Shown here: positions 13,872 through 28,947 of the stretch, in pieces
Position numbering within the stretch: the stretch's first letter is position 1
Layout: every line of letters begins with the position of its first letter
Assembly: GCA_951406725.2 (NCBI GenBank)
Contig: OX597819.1
Location: forward strand, 66,712,001-66,776,000
Direction of reading: 5' to 3'
Length of the DNA stretch: 64,000 bases
Source: Octopus vulgaris
Lineage: Eukaryota
The notes under the pieces: generated by a model
The model's input: only the letters and a program-made list of their open reading frames with translations
Told to the model about the DNA's origin: nothing
Database searches by the model: none
Translations under genes and position numbers: made by a program

Positions 13872-14697
13872 ATTATTTAATATACGAATTGTTAGTATAT
13901 TTAAATATATAACCTCATGCGATAAATATACAGTTTCCATTCAATTAAATTTGAAATGCATGGTAGTGCCAGAAGCCGAAGATACCAAAGATATAAACAG
14001 TCCAATGAAATCATTCGCTATACTTCAGAGCTCGTGCATTGCATATTTGTGAGTTGTTTTAAACAAATTCGCTTGCAGGATTTACGAATATGCTTATCAC
14101 TCGAGGCTGTAGCGAAAGTTGACTAGACATCGCCATTTTCTTGTGGCTAAGACACGAAGGTCTATGAAGATTTCACCTGAAAATTCGACGCGTGGCATCT
14201 TTCCCTTTCGCTAAGCTCCCAAAATCACCTTTGAATATGACGGAGATGAAAGGGAGAATCGTTTTCTGACTTCTATTGTCTTTAAAGAGAGCTGATCAAG
14301 AGCGGTAAATAGGGACATTGATTCTACAATAGATATACTTTTACTAAGAGCAATAACAGACTGGGAAAGGACATGTTCAGACATGGCACCTGACAAATTT
14401 GTTCGAGTCGTAGTGCGGAATTCTCACTATAAACCTAGAAAATAATCACCACACACTGGAGCCCGATGTGAGAGTTTACTTTTGTCTCGTTGACATTTTA
14501 AATGATGAATTTTTACCTTTATCAACATTTCATTTATCGCTTTAAATCCATTTAAATTTCTATTTTGTCATTGCAATGCCTTCAATAACTAAATACCTTG
14601 GCCGCTAGACGAAATTAATGTTTCGATATTGCTGATATTGTGTTCTTTACTTCAGTTTGTTCTCTTTATTCGTATATACGTGTTCACGTATGTACAT

Positions 14698-14783
<86 letters not shown>

Positions 14784-14892
14784 TGTGCTTGCAGTGTGTC
14801 CCCTCCATAACCACAGTGATTATCATTACCAACATCGTTCTACCTATAGCATTTATCATCATCATCATTATTATTAGTATTATTATTATTAT

Positions 14893-15438
14893 TGATTCAG
14901 AGAAGAGAGTATGCTATCAAAGTGAAATTGGGTAAAAAAAAAATACGAAGCCCAAAATACCCATCATGACTACTCCCCTGAAAAGGGTTTGCCAGGCTTA
15001 TACGTTATAAAAATATGTGCGTGATATGGTGATACTGTCTCCAGATAAATACCATGTGAGGCCCAGTTAGAATTTTCTTGAAGTTGAGTAGCCCATCTCA
15101 CTCAAAAGGTCCCCGAATATGGGTTCGTTAAGGTTGTTGAACGATACACCCATGTTTCCAGGGTTGAATTATTCAAACCCCAACGAATTCCTCTTGACAC
15201 ATAGCCATGATTCTCCCCCACCAGTTCTTCACGTAATCAGTGATGCACGCATCGTCAACCACTAAGGGACATGCTCAACTGCTTAAGATCAAGTAACTGG
15301 CATGCAAATCTGTGATATTGTGCAGACTATTAGCTGTAACCCATCTTTTACACCAAGAGAAAACAAGTACATCATAATACTTGAAATCAGTTAAGATCAA
15401 AAGCCACGAGAGCCACTGCCTGGTACTGCATCAGGGCA
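14893..15438 (-). mobile_element. ~550-bp non-coding interspersed element associated with (TAA)n arrays
   Basis: Matches 27060-27335 and the reverse complement of 63727-64000; has (ATT)n on the left and a (CAT/CAC)n-(ATT)n array on the right. Orientation is inferred. Confidence 0.75.
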
Positions 15439-15542
15439 ATTATCATCATGATCATCACCACCACCACCGCCACCACCACCACCACCATCATCATCATCAC
15501 CACCAACTTCACAATCATCATTATCATCATCATTCATCACTG

Positions 15543-15621
<79 letters not shown>

Positions 15622-15629
15622 CATTATTA

Positions 15630-15699
<70 letters not shown>

Positions 15700-16367
15700 T
15701 GCCTTTCATCTTTGCAATGTCGATGAAATATATTATCAGTCAATTACTGGGTTCGGTGATATTGACTAATCCCCTTCGCTGAAAAGCGCCGGCTTTGTGC
15801 CTAAATGCGGAACAATTACTATTATAATTAATTGCGATACGTGAGCGAATCGTTAGAACTTTGGATGGAACCACGGTGGTGTTTAGTTTTATTTTTGTCT
15901 CTTTATGTTCCTGTGACCAATTCTAGATGAGAATTCTAATTTGGTCGGCAATTATCGATGTAATAGACTCCCTCAAAGGAGTGGCCGCGTACCAATATTA
16001 GAAATTATTATTAATTTGATATAAACGGTGCAGAATCAGACAAATCATCCTGCGATTGTGAGTTCAATTCCAGATCAAGTCATATTTGCCTTTCACTCTT
16101 CGCGCTCTCGTTGGAGTATGTTTAGTTACATCTGAGAAAGAATGCAGAAATGTATTGAAAGGAAAATGAATAACCAAAGTTCACTAAAACAATCGAGAGT
16201 AATAAAATGCATAAACTTATTCAAGATCAACACACGACTCCAATGTTAGAGATAACGATAATATTCAAGATGAAATATTTAAATCGAGAAAAACAGTCGA
16301 GCTTAAGGAATGCCGTGGAAGAATATTGTAAATCATGTTTTCAATGTTTTAATATTCATAACGTCTA

Positions 16368-16760
16368 AGGTGGAGAATTGTCAGAATCGTTAGCACGTCG
16401 GGTAAACGCTTAGCGGCATATCGTCCGTCTCTTCTTTCTGAGTTCAAATTCCGCCAAGGTCGACTTCACCTTTCAAAGTTCTGGGGTTGATAAAATAAGT
16501 ACCATGTGAGTAGTAAGGTCGATGAAATTGACTGACGCCACCAAAATAATGCCCTTGTGTCAGCATTTGAAACCAATATTGATAGCTTGTGTTTCGGATA
16601 GGATAAAATGTTTAGCGGCATTTCCTGCGACATTACTTTATAAACTCAAATGTTGCCAGTGTCTACTTTGCCTTTCATCCTTTTGGGGATCGATAACATA
16701 AGCTCCTGTTTAGTACTGCAGTCGATGTCATGGACTTATCCCCTTCTTCGAAATTTCCAA
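16368..16760 (+). mobile_element. Two degenerate tandem SINE copies (family of 5266-5654)
   Basis: cagaatcgttagcacgtcggg...gagttcaaattccgccaaggtcgac; second copy ctttgcctttcatcctttgggg. Confidence 0.75.
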
Positions 16761-16916
16761 CCAATATTGATGAATTGTGGAACGTGCCTAGGGTTTTAAA
16801 TAATCTGTCAATGCTGTTTGAGATGGCAATGCTACAAACAAAATTAATTACTAGTTACGTTTATCGATTTGTGTTGCAAGATCTCTGATGAGAAATCGTG
16901 ATTTGAAACCGATATC

Positions 16917-17216
16917 GTTGTATTTCGGGATGATCATTTTTTTTGCCAAATAAACACAGGCACTATATATTCGTTCTTCACTTGTTTATTACTGTTCTTA
17001 TATCATTAATAGAATAACAGACTGGAACAAGTAGAGCAGGAACACACCCCAAAACGGAAAGTGTTGTCTGAAGAGGTCACAGATGTATGACGAAAGATTT
17101 CCGGACAATGGAACCGAGTTAAAATAATAAAATAATAACATTACTTAACGAGTGAAGATAAAAATATATTGTGCGTGTGTTTATTTGTCAAAGAAATGAC
17201 CGTCCCGAATTACAAC
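16917..17216. repeat. ~72-bp imperfect inverted repeat enclosing a hammerhead-bearing spacer
   Basis: 16917-16988 pairs with 17144-17216; the left arm region resembles 57900-58025. Confidence 0.7.
17064..17108 (+). ncRNA. Minimal hammerhead-like motif
   Basis: ttgt-CTGAAGA-g-GTCA-cagatgta-TGAC-GAAA-gattt-ccggacaa. Confidence 0.55.
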
Positions 17217-18429
17217 AATTACTAGTATTTTTCATATATTCCTATTGGTCCCTTATTCTATGTGGCTCTTCACATTTCCTCTGTGACCAATAGTTGTGGG
17301 TATCTAGGCCAATTATATTTAAGGTGGTAAATGCCTGAAATATCTTCACTTTTTTTTAATGACATACCAATCATGTGATACATAATTCAAGCTTTTATAT
17401 ATATGTAATCAACGATCAATTTATTATTTTATTCATTGATACCATCAATTATGGACTGCTAATAAGGACCGACTTAACTGTCGGTCAGGCCTTAGCTATT
17501 ATTACTCGAAAGCAATTATTGTGATATCATTAATACAAATAAATCCCAGAATGTGATTTATATATTATTAGCAAAAACACGATACGTTAGTGGTCCAATA
17601 ACTTGATCTTACTGAGACAAGTTTCCGTTCACATTATTATCACATCGATTCGTTATTGTATATTATGCATTCATTACGTTCAATATTTTGTTATATTTTC
17701 TCCGTTTCTCTTGCAGCATTGGTCTACTGCTATCTAGTGTATAGTACTTCTTTCATGTTGTTGAGTATATTCCTAAACTTAATTTACACTTTCCAAGTAC
17801 ATATTTCATGTTGATAAATTCTATTATTTGTTATGATAATCATTCATGTAATCTCGCATATTCCACTGTTGTGAGTGTGCAAACGTACAGGAAATTGATT
17901 ATGTCCATTCTGTAAAGCAAATGGATAAGATAATGAATGCTTACCTTACTTTGTACATTGGTGATAACATTCAGTAAATTATACGTCTGATGAAGTAGGT
18001 GTTTCAATGTGAGTCTGTCATATATGGCAGTTTATTTCTCATAAATTCTTGTAACAGGTTTCACAAGCTGATGATACATGTGTGCCAGATTGCGTTGGAG
18101 CATGTAATATATGTAGCAAAACTCCATAGCAAATGAAACGATATATATTGAACCTTATTAAAAAGAGTCCCCGTGATTGTCTGTAATAGATATATCTACA
18201 CAGCAAAATCATATTTTAGTTAATTATTTATACTTAGAGCTATTAAATCTTCAACTACATTTTATTTTACTTACCGCTTCAAATATGTTGTAACCTTATC
18301 ACTTTATGTTACCAACGTTCTCTACCATGAGAAGCATGATTCAGACCAGTAACTCCTGTGAACAGTTATCAAAAGAGTTGGCCTTTTGTTCAATAGTTAA
18401 TATAATTGGTCGTACATTTGAATCGCTGG

Positions 18430-18900
18430 CTTACACTTGAAGATTATTGTTAGGCGATATTAGGATGGTTGTACCTGGGATTAATAAAGAAGAGTAGCCG
18501 CAGAGTACAAGGGAGTGTTCTCACAATGGTGGGAAGTAGCGAAACATTAATACACGAAACGGATGTGAGGTATGCTGTCTACTCAAGATGAATATAGCCA
18601 GAGTGTAGAGAGGAAACTTGGGTCATTGGGTCATGGTGTGAGGAAATTCCGGCCGACGTATGGGCATGGATGTAGGAGGTGTCAAGAAATGTTATGGGGA
18701 AGCCCCGTCGTGTGAAATCTCAAAGTCATAGTCATGGAAACAAATTTCTTTGCTATCGAAAAATTAGGAGCAAGAGAGCGTAGATGTGCTATGAGGATAT
18801 ACGAAGAAGGGAAATTGGTGAGTGTGAATAAAAGTGCCTGTGAGACACAATTGGAACTAAAACGAGTCTGTAGGGAGTGGAAAAATGTGACAAATTTACG
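18430..18900 (-). mobile_element. Degenerate PLE (Neptune-like) RT thumb/linker relic
   Basis: Interrupted motifs PTDSF (KPTDS), HLRSLA (RLRRLC) and RRGFP (RGYP) in the expected order. Confidence 0.4.
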
Positions 18901-19191
18901 AGAGATGTGGTTGTGGTTTCTATTCTAGAGCATGATGCAATGTGTTGATGAAGTCGAAGAAGATGTTGAGCTTTTCTTGTTTACTATTCAAAACTATCGT
19001 CTCAATAAAATTTTTGTATGAGAGAAAATAATACATCTTGTGCAGTTCCTCGTTTGTCTACATATAAATGTTAGACAAATCGGTATTTCAATCTAAGGTA
19101 GTTGACTGAATCGCTAATACTAATTTAATATTATTCTAGCCTTACTAGTTCACACACAAATCAATCAGGGGCTACATTTGCAGATTTTTAT

Positions 19192-19263
19192 ATCTCTGTG
19201 GCGCAACGGTAGCGCGTCTGACTCCAGATCAGAAGGCTGCGTGTTCGAATCACGTCGGGGTCA
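19192..19263 (+). tRNA. trnW-CCA: tRNA-Trp (anticodon CCA), acceptor stem partly mismatched (possible pseudogene)
   Basis: Cloverleaf read directly: D stem GCGC/GCGC, anticodon stem TCTGA/TCAGA with loop CT-CCA-GA, T stem GCGTG/CACGT with TTCGAAT loop, discriminator A, no encoded CCA. Acceptor ATCTCTG/CGGGGTC has mismatches at pairs 1 and 2. Confidence 0.9.
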
Positions 19264-19269
19264 TAATAC

Positions 19270-19275
19270 TTTTTT
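19270..19275 (+). terminator. RNA Pol III oligo-T terminator of tRNA-Trp
   Basis: TTTTTT 6 nt downstream of the discriminator base. Confidence 0.65.
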
Positions 19276-19295
19276 CCCTTAAATTTTATTTGAAA

Positions 19296-19526
19296 GCGGT
19301 GAGTTGGTAGAATCATTAACACGCCGGACAAAATGCTTAGCGGTATTTCGTCTGCCGCTACGTCCTGAGTTGAAATTCCGCCGAGGTCGGCTTTGCTTTT
19401 CATCATTTCGGGGTCGATAATTAAGTACAAGTTACGCACTGGGGTCGATGTAATCGACTTAATCCATTTTTCTGCCCTTGTTTGTCCCCTCTATGTTTAG
19501 TCCCTTGTAGGCAATAAAGAAATAAG
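19296..19526 (+). mobile_element. tRNA-derived SINE (family of 5266-5654), near full monomer
   Basis: gcggtgagttggtagaatcattaacacgccggac...gaaattccgccgaggtcggctttgcttttcatcatttcggggtcgataa. Confidence 0.85.
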
Positions 19527-20164
19527 ATTTTTATATCAGATCAAGCTTTTATTGTCTTCGCTCCGTCGGGGGTTGAAGAACTGTTTTTGGCCCTCTACCG
19601 ACATTCTCGGCGACATTCTCCGAGTGAAAATGTTACGGTTTATACCATTCTACATTTGAATACATATTATAAATATTATAACTGTAATATATACTTTTCT
19701 CAAATAGGTTATCTAAATTTTCTTTTGATATTACTAAAACTGATATGGCGTCTTTCCAGAAGAATCTCATGATATTTGGTCAACGGTTTAGCATTTGATG
19801 GAAATAAAACTCAAGAAGTCAAACACAGATTGCGTTCCTGCAAACCATTCTGGTAAAAAAAATTGAAAAAATGCTTACATTACACTTATCAAGTCACAAA
19901 TATTGATTATCGCCTTATGAAGAACTAACGAGAAATTACTCAATTTGTATCATTTACTGACGAGAAATGTCAACTTTATATTCCTCCCCTGTCGGATTTT
20001 AAAATAGAAGGATATATTACCTAATATATGTTGGTAATATGTTTTTTTATGCTCATCATGATATTAGGGTATTCATTGCTGCGTTCTACACTGTTCGTGT
20101 GGATTTTCCAAATCATAAAAATAGTCAAGAAAGTAAGTTAACAGAATGAAGCAAATAAACTATT

Positions 20165-21215
20165 TCAAAATTTTGTCACAAGGCATACAATTTTGAGGAA
20201 GAAATTAAGTCAATTGCATCAACTTCATGCACAACTGGTACTTATTTTATCGATCCTGAAATGACTAAAGACAAAATCGACCTCGACAGAATTTGAACTC
20301 AGAACGTAAAGAGGAACGAAATGTCGCTAAGCATTTTGCCCGACGTTCTAACGATTCTACAAGATCACCAGCACCTTTGAGGCGAGTGAGGAAAGTCGAT
20401 TACATCGACGCCAGTTTTCAACTGGTTCCTATTATCGACCCCAAGAAGATGAAAAGCAAATTTGAAATAGAATTTGGACTCAGAACGTAAACAGGGGCGA
20501 AATACCGCTAAGCATTTTGCCCGAATGCTAACGATTCTGCCGGTTCGGCGCCTTAAGCAAGTATAAATATACTTCTACAGGGTATTACATATGCGTTGTC
20601 TAATTAAGGACGATCATGATAATAACCACGAAAAAGTCTATACTTATTATAATATTCCGATATATTATTTTTTTCTACTCTAGGCACAGGGCCCGAAATT
20701 TTCCGGGGAGAGGGCTAGTCGATTAGATATACCTCAGTTCGCACAGGTACTGAATTTATCGACCTAGAAAGGATGAAGGGCAAAGTCGACATCGGATTAA
20801 CTTGAACACAGAACGAAAAGTCAGAGGAAATACCGCTAAGCATTTCGCCCGGCGTGCTAACGTTTCTGCCATCTCACCGTCTTAAAATTCGTTTTCTACT
20901 TTAGGAATCAGGCCCGAAATTTTGGGGGAGAAGGCCAGTCGATTACATCGACCCTAGTACGCAAATTAATGTATCGAACCCCAAAGGATGAAATGCAAAG
21001 TCGACCTCGGCGAAATTTGAACTCAGAAGTTAAAGACAGACGGAAGACCGATAAGCATTTCGCCCGGCATGCTAACGTTTCTGCCAACACGCTACCCTAA
21101 AATTAGTTTTCTACTTTAGGCACAAGGCCCGAACTTTTGGGGTTGGGGGTAATCGATTAGATCGACCCAGTACTCAACAGAATCTTAAATTATCGACCCC
21201 CGACAGAATAAAAGT
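20165..21215 (-). mobile_element. Cluster of about five same-orientation SINE copies (family of 5266-5654)
   Basis: Units at about 20165-20370, 20385-20555, 20672-20880, 20893-21097 and 21108-21215; the last three start tttctact(c/t)tagg and most carry gctaagcatttcgcccgg-like text. Confidence 0.85.
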
Positions 21216-21451
21216 GCAGAATGTGACTAAAATACTTATATATTTATAATGCTTATAATTGTAAGAGCATTTAGATAACAATCCGCTGTTAAATCATGCA
21301 AATTGTGAAACAATATATTTCGGAAATCTCTCACTTTTTGAAAGGTTTCTAGAAAAATTGTGCCAATTGAAATTATAATATTTATTCGTACAGGAAGCTC
21401 GCATTAAAAAGTATATTCACATTTACGTACATATACATGTATATAAATGTG

Positions 21452-21509
<58 letters not shown>

Positions 21510-21648
21510 TATATATATGTGTATATAAATATATATACATATTTACATGTATATAAATATACATATGTACATAAATATGTTTATATATATATACATATAT
21601 GAATGAATGTATATGTGCCTGTGTGCATTTCTGTGCGCACACACACAC

Positions 21649-21702
<54 letters not shown>

Positions 21703-21963
21703 TACATGTATGTATGTTTGTAAAGAAACATATAAATACACATCCACACACACACATGCACTGAAGCATTCGCATACACATGTATAAGCAAAACGGAATT
21801 GGTGTCGAGAAAATATAAAATGAAATATATTTTCAGTTTTAAATTATATTTATGTGCTCATGAATCTATGGTCGTTATTTCCTATCGATCGATCAGCAAT
21901 AGAATATATATCACTGAACAAATAGACCTATGAATATTATTTATTGACGGTGATGCATTTATG

Positions 21964-22016
<53 letters not shown>

Positions 22017-22749
22017 GTGGTGCTGGTAGTCATTGTTGTGTTGGCTTTGGTTGTACTCATGATGCTTCGGTACTTCTGCTCGTATTGGTTTTGATGGTAG
22101 TAATGCAAGTCCTGTCGATGATGGTGATGATGATGATGATGATGATGATAATGATGATGATGATGATGACGACGATTATGAGGACGACAACGACAACAAG
22201 CACGTCGTCGATGTTACTGGCTAGGATTGTGATGATGTTGGTGATGAAGACACCCTCGATAATTTTGATGCAGTCTTCATGAACAACGAGGATTTCTTGT
22301 TGGACATGTTTAATAAATCCTGTCTCTTTATAATTTTATCTCAGAGTTAATTTTAATATTCGTACGTTTTGTCGTGGTTGTCATGCTCGTTCGTTTTACG
22401 CCTAACGTGTATTTCAAATTCTCATACGATAATACACCCTTACAAACCAAAACGACCATATACTCAAGCGTATGTTACATGTGTTCCATTCTTCATATAT
22501 TTTGTTTTTATTTTTTCTCGTTGAATTACCTGCACGAGCAAACATTCACATAACGTTTCATTTCACGATATTCATGTTCGTCCCTTATCAAATCATCTTC
22601 GGACAGTTCCTTGATTCGATTCATCAATCAGAAACTTTTAACTGTAACAATATTTTCCACTTTTCAGCTTCCTTTGTAAATCAAATATCAACATTATTGT
22701 CAATTTACACTCCGAATAGGAGTTAATTGCCCGAAAACATAGCCTCTTG

Positions 22750-23950
22750 GTTACAATAAATCTTCTCAGTAATTTATAATGTTAGCTCAGATGAATTTCC
22801 GTTGAGTTATAATTATTAACGATTTGCACGCACATGCATCAATTCAGATGTTTGCGTAATTTTATGAACCATCAGGTTTAGGTCAATTGTCTACAATTTG
22901 CTTCATTAGCTCTTAACATTAAGGAATCATATGATGTGACATTGCCTAATTATCCTTTCAGCCCATCTAATCAACATGTATTGAGTGTCCTGTGCCATCA
23001 AGCTCTTCCAACTAATCAGTTGATATAATCTGGCTTGATTGCGATCATATTCTGTTTGTGAGCCCCAATATTACCTACATGTGTACCTAGAAATATAGTA
23101 CATCTAATTCCACACTACGCCATTATTGTTAGATGTATTTTTTGTATCACGGATATTGTAAAAGAGACAAAAAAGGTTACATTTTCACACGCACGAATAT
23201 CACATCACAAGAAAATGGAACGTAGGTATCACGAAATGTGAAAAAGTTAAACATCCCCATTCCTACCGATAACACATATGAAAAATAGTTAGTGACAGAC
23301 ATTGTACCCAAGCCAATCAAAAATCTAGACCAATTCCGCTTATTCTTCTCATTGGTTGTGCACACTGAAGCTTGGAGACAACGGAAGTGATGATGTTTCA
23401 AAGATGTAGACAAAATTTGTACCTGGACCGAAAGACTGCCAAATGTTTGTGATTCCAGGAGTTTGAGATTTTGCTCATTGCATGCCGTGGATTATGATAA
23501 GGGAAGGGTATTAATGCCTGTACTATGAAATTTCAATCTTCGAGTAGAGACGACATATAGATTAGTCCACATTACTCCGTAAGGAGCAAAGGGCTGGTTT
23601 CAAATGCTCACTTCCCCTCTAAATAAAGAAATTACTAACCTGTAATATCGATTTCTAAGACGTACACAAAGTCGGATATTTTGGTCAGGTATACATAAAT
23701 CGGTATAATACCCAGGAATGTCTTTCTTGCGTCAACTCCCGAAGGAGGAAGAAGGTGGAGATCTGCAGTGAGATTAAATGCTGGAAAGCCTTTTGTTAAA
23801 CCATCAAAAGTTTCTGACATTTCGTTGCATTACAAAGTAAAATCATTATGCCAAGAGTCGGAAGACAACTTGAAGCATTGACCACCTTAACAAACCAACT
23901 AGAAAGGGCTTTACATTATCTAGAATGTACAGTATTTTGTTCGATATTGT
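22750..23950 (-). mobile_element. Very degenerate LINE relic, possibly I-group with RNase H
   Basis: Faint ordered motifs: HNDFT (YADDF-like), LYSKIE..HNP (RSKLDY..IHNQG-like) and GTHVGNIG (PGHVGI-like). Confidence 0.3.
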
Positions 23951-25599
23951 CTAAGTTACAATAGATTATTTATTTATTGATAGATAATGATTTCACCGAG
24001 CAAGAAAAGTTTGAAATATGAAACTGAAGAAACGATGTAAAGCAAATCAGTTTGAAAGCTGCGAGATATGTTTCATGGATTAGGTAGCAGACGAAGAGCA
24101 AATCCCAAAATAATTTCACCTTCTGGATGGATATATTTAAAACCCTCGGTTCTCGTGGTGCACTCGATTTGATGCATTCGATGTAATTGGTGTTAAATAT
24201 AAATAATGACAGGCATCATTTGCAAACTAGTACGATCTGGTAGTTTGTGCTATGCTTATGCAACTTAAGGTACCTATAAAGCCACGTGCAGGAATAGATA
24301 CGGCCCTTCGGTCGTCATTCCTAAACCGGCTGTGTGCCGAGAAGTGAGAGCTCGGGAAAACGATTACTACTCAACCAGAATTGAATTTCATTTACGATCA
24401 GCATACAGCAGCAAACTGAAATACTGTGTTGCCCAGAGTTATTCAGGTCATAGCGTCCAGGGTACAAACTTACATATTCCTGATCATGACCTCGGACCAC
24501 CAGTCCGTGTTGTCTCTTTTTTTCACTCACTCACATAATCAAAACCACTCACGCACATATATATGCACAGACTCTCTCTTACTCTCCCTCTCTCTCTTTC
24601 TCTCTCTCACACACACATATACTGACCCGTATATCTACACACAACACACTTTTATGCATACACAACTGCAATCACACATATTTACCCGTGTGTATATTCA
24701 ATTATATGCAGCATAAGTCCGCTGGTTGTGTAGCTTTCGATTGTCTAAGTGAGAATTATTACACTTCAATATGCTATATCGTCCCCTTATACGATGGAGA
24801 GTATTTATTAACACATTCCAATTTATATCTAACACTGCATCGACTATGCCAATTACCAATAAACTTTACATAACTTTCTCAGTAACTTGAGATTCGCTTT
24901 ATAACGTGTGAAAATCTTACAATTATTGTTGGAATTATAAATTCTAGAAGGTGCAGGCGGGCGACAACATATGAAGTTACATCACAAACTGAGCTGATCA
25001 AGTCGAGTGTGTCTCTGGAATATTTTCAGTTCTACTGGAGATAGCAGCTAAATGGAACTCATAAAGCAATACCGGTTTTATAGAACCGAAGTTTATCTGT
25101 ATTTGAAGTATCAGTTACACTATATTTATAAAATATAGGCTTTGATTCCAGACATACTTCTTCACAATCAGATTTCATGCGCAGAGAAGATGTGGCTAAC
25201 AGATATATTGACCAGGATGACTGTAAGTATTCTCTGTACTGTAAAGTTATGAGAAAAATGGTTGTTAGAAACACCTTTAAATATAAAATTCGAGGATTTG
25301 CATTTCATAATTTTATAAGCATTTCATTGTTTTATTTTTAAATATTTACAATTAAATGTTTTGACTTTGCTGCGCAGTTCTAATATTTTTGACATTATTT
25401 TGATCTCGTATCTCTCAATATTGTTTTCTTTTTCTGGTTACACAATTTATTTCCTCAAATGCTTGTGTCTTTCTTTTTTGCACAAAAGATCTCACTTCTC
25501 GGCCATATTTCATATCAAGAAAAGAAACATTCGCAGTTGTTACTATAGTTAATATTTATGCCGCTTATGCTTTTACACTTCCCAAACTCAAGGTGACGC

Positions 25600-26520
25600 T
25601 TCATGCTCAATTTCACCCGCTATTTTTCATAAATGTTGCTTTTTTTTTTTTCCTTCTGTGGTCAAGCTATAGCTTTAATCGTGAGCGCCTATAAGGGATT
25701 CTTTACTAAAATGAAATATTGTCTGTCAATAATAGTGGCCTTGCTCATATAATATTCAAGTCCCCTGAACTGTATATTTTCCATGTTCTCTGTTTTTTCT
25801 CTATCCAATCCAATTTTAGATCACACTAAATTTCTCTCAATAATTCCTCACCTTGTCTAAGTTACTGAACCTGAGCATCAGTGAATTGCCACGCTGTTTA
25901 AAATTATAATTTCCAGCTCATAATTTATAACTAGTATTTTACAACTCGACAGCAGTTATTCTGAACTGTATCTTTGGTCTTTCATAATAAGCTCCACATA
26001 TATGATATATTTCCCAAAACCCCATTATTTTCTTCCATAATCTTACACCAATAATTTATTCCTTCATATTTTCCAGGAATCCATATCGTAGCTTAGTATG
26101 GATGTTTTCTTTGTATTTTTAAATCTTAGCAGTTGAAGATTTCTGCCCTGTGAAGTTTTATCTTTATAAAGCTTAAATTAAATTTATTTTTTTGTAAAAT
26201 CTTTTGAAGTTTATCTTTCATATCATGTGTGGCTTCCTTCCATGTACTATACAATCTTTCTGCTTTCAATATGTTTTCTCATTTACTACATATTTCGCTT
26301 CGTATTTCGTGTGCTTCCTGTTTAATGAAACTGCATTTTATTCTGATCTATATCTATTTTCAATAACATCGTTCTCCACCATTTACAATGTCCCTTTACC
26401 ATGCAAAATGCCATTCTTGCATGTTTTTTTCTTATACACTTATCTAATAATCTCGGCACATTTACTTCGATTTTTCTTCTTCGCGTCAATATCCTTTCAT
26501 AGTCAACCTACTCATGAAGA
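25600..26520 (-). mobile_element. Degenerate LINE 5' region (AP-endonuclease GDLN motif; upstream Cys/His-rich ORF1-like remnant)
   Basis: Minus strand GGGGACTTGAAT (GDLN) near 25760; many stops. Confidence 0.3.
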
Positions 26521-26849
26521 ATGAGATACACTTTGAGGATGTTAACGGTTCAATGAACAATCTAAGAAATCACATTTGGGTGGAGTTGTTGTAGTTTAAC
26601 TCTAGCATTTCCTGGATCGAGCAGACTTAATGTGATCAAAGATGTCCCAACTGTATAAGACATATTTTAATTTCAAATATATTATGTCTAAATCGGTAGT
26701 AAACAAATGGGATCAAAATAAAATGTAATAGTCTGCGTCGGTTAAGATGAAAACAAGCAAAACTGTGAAAACCGAGGAAGAGAAGAGAGTGATAAGATGG
26801 CTTGACAAAACGGCGCAACGATCGGAGCGAAGAATATTAGAAACGTAAC

Positions 26850-27055
26850 TCTTTAACTTCTTTCAGTCATTTGACTGCGGCCATGCTGGAGTGCCGCCTT
26901 TAGTCGAATAAATTAACCCCAAGACTTATTCTTTGTAAACTTAGCACTTATTCAATCTGTCTCTTTTGTCGAACCGCTAAGTTACGGGGACATACACCAA
27001 CGTCGGTTGTCAAGTGATGGTGGGGGTACAAACACAGAAACAAAACTACATACAT
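26850..27055 (-). mobile_element. CORE-type SINE 3' half
   Basis: tttcagtcatttgactgcggccatgctggagtgccgcctttagtcg matches 36660-36840. Confidence 0.85.
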
Positions 27056-27059
27056 ACGT

Positions 27060-27335
27060 ATCAAAATAAACAGCGCATGACCTTCCAACTGAGAAGCAGT
27101 TCTTCTTCAGACGTTTTAAGCCCATCCCGCTCAAAAGGTCCTTGAATAAGGGTTGTTCAAGGATGATGAATAAAATACTCGTGGTTATGATGCTCTCCCT
27201 TTACATCTGCTCGTTATCAACGACGCACATATCGTCAGCCACCAAGGGACATGCTCAACTGCTTTAGATCAGGCAACAGACAACGAAATTTGTAGTATTA
27301 ACCAAAATATTTGGCGTAGCCTATCGTTTACACCA
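27060..27335 (-). mobile_element. Internally deleted copy of the 14893-15438 element
   Basis: gcccatcccgctcaaaaggtcc...atcgtcagccaccaagggacatgctcaactg. Confidence 0.75.
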
Positions 27336-27354
27336 TGAGAAAATAATGTATATA

Positions 27355-28875
<1,521 letters not shown>

Positions 28876-28947
28876 CTCACCCAAATTATCATCAACAAAA
28901 TGCTAAAATCCACCACTGTTTCCTTTCATCCCACTGAACGCCACAAA

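Noticed and set aside
14100-14440. Unique, coding-like block with a 61-aa minus-strand ORF
   Set aside because: No recognisable domain and no consistent splice pair giving an open exon.
15418-15437. CCTGATGCAGTACCAGG (minus strand) resembling U2 snRNA stem-loop IV
   Set aside because: The match is too short and no other U2 sequence is adjacent.
16884-16915. CTGATGA-gaaatcgtgattt-GAAAC hammerhead-like string
   Set aside because: It lies in a repeat whose other copy (about 57925) lacks the motif, and there is no convincing stem I or III.
17946-17987. Possible 42-nt minus-strand microexon (TYNLLNVITNVQSK, AAG/GTAAGC)
   Set aside because: Weak acceptor, no homology, and it overlaps a probable repeat relic.
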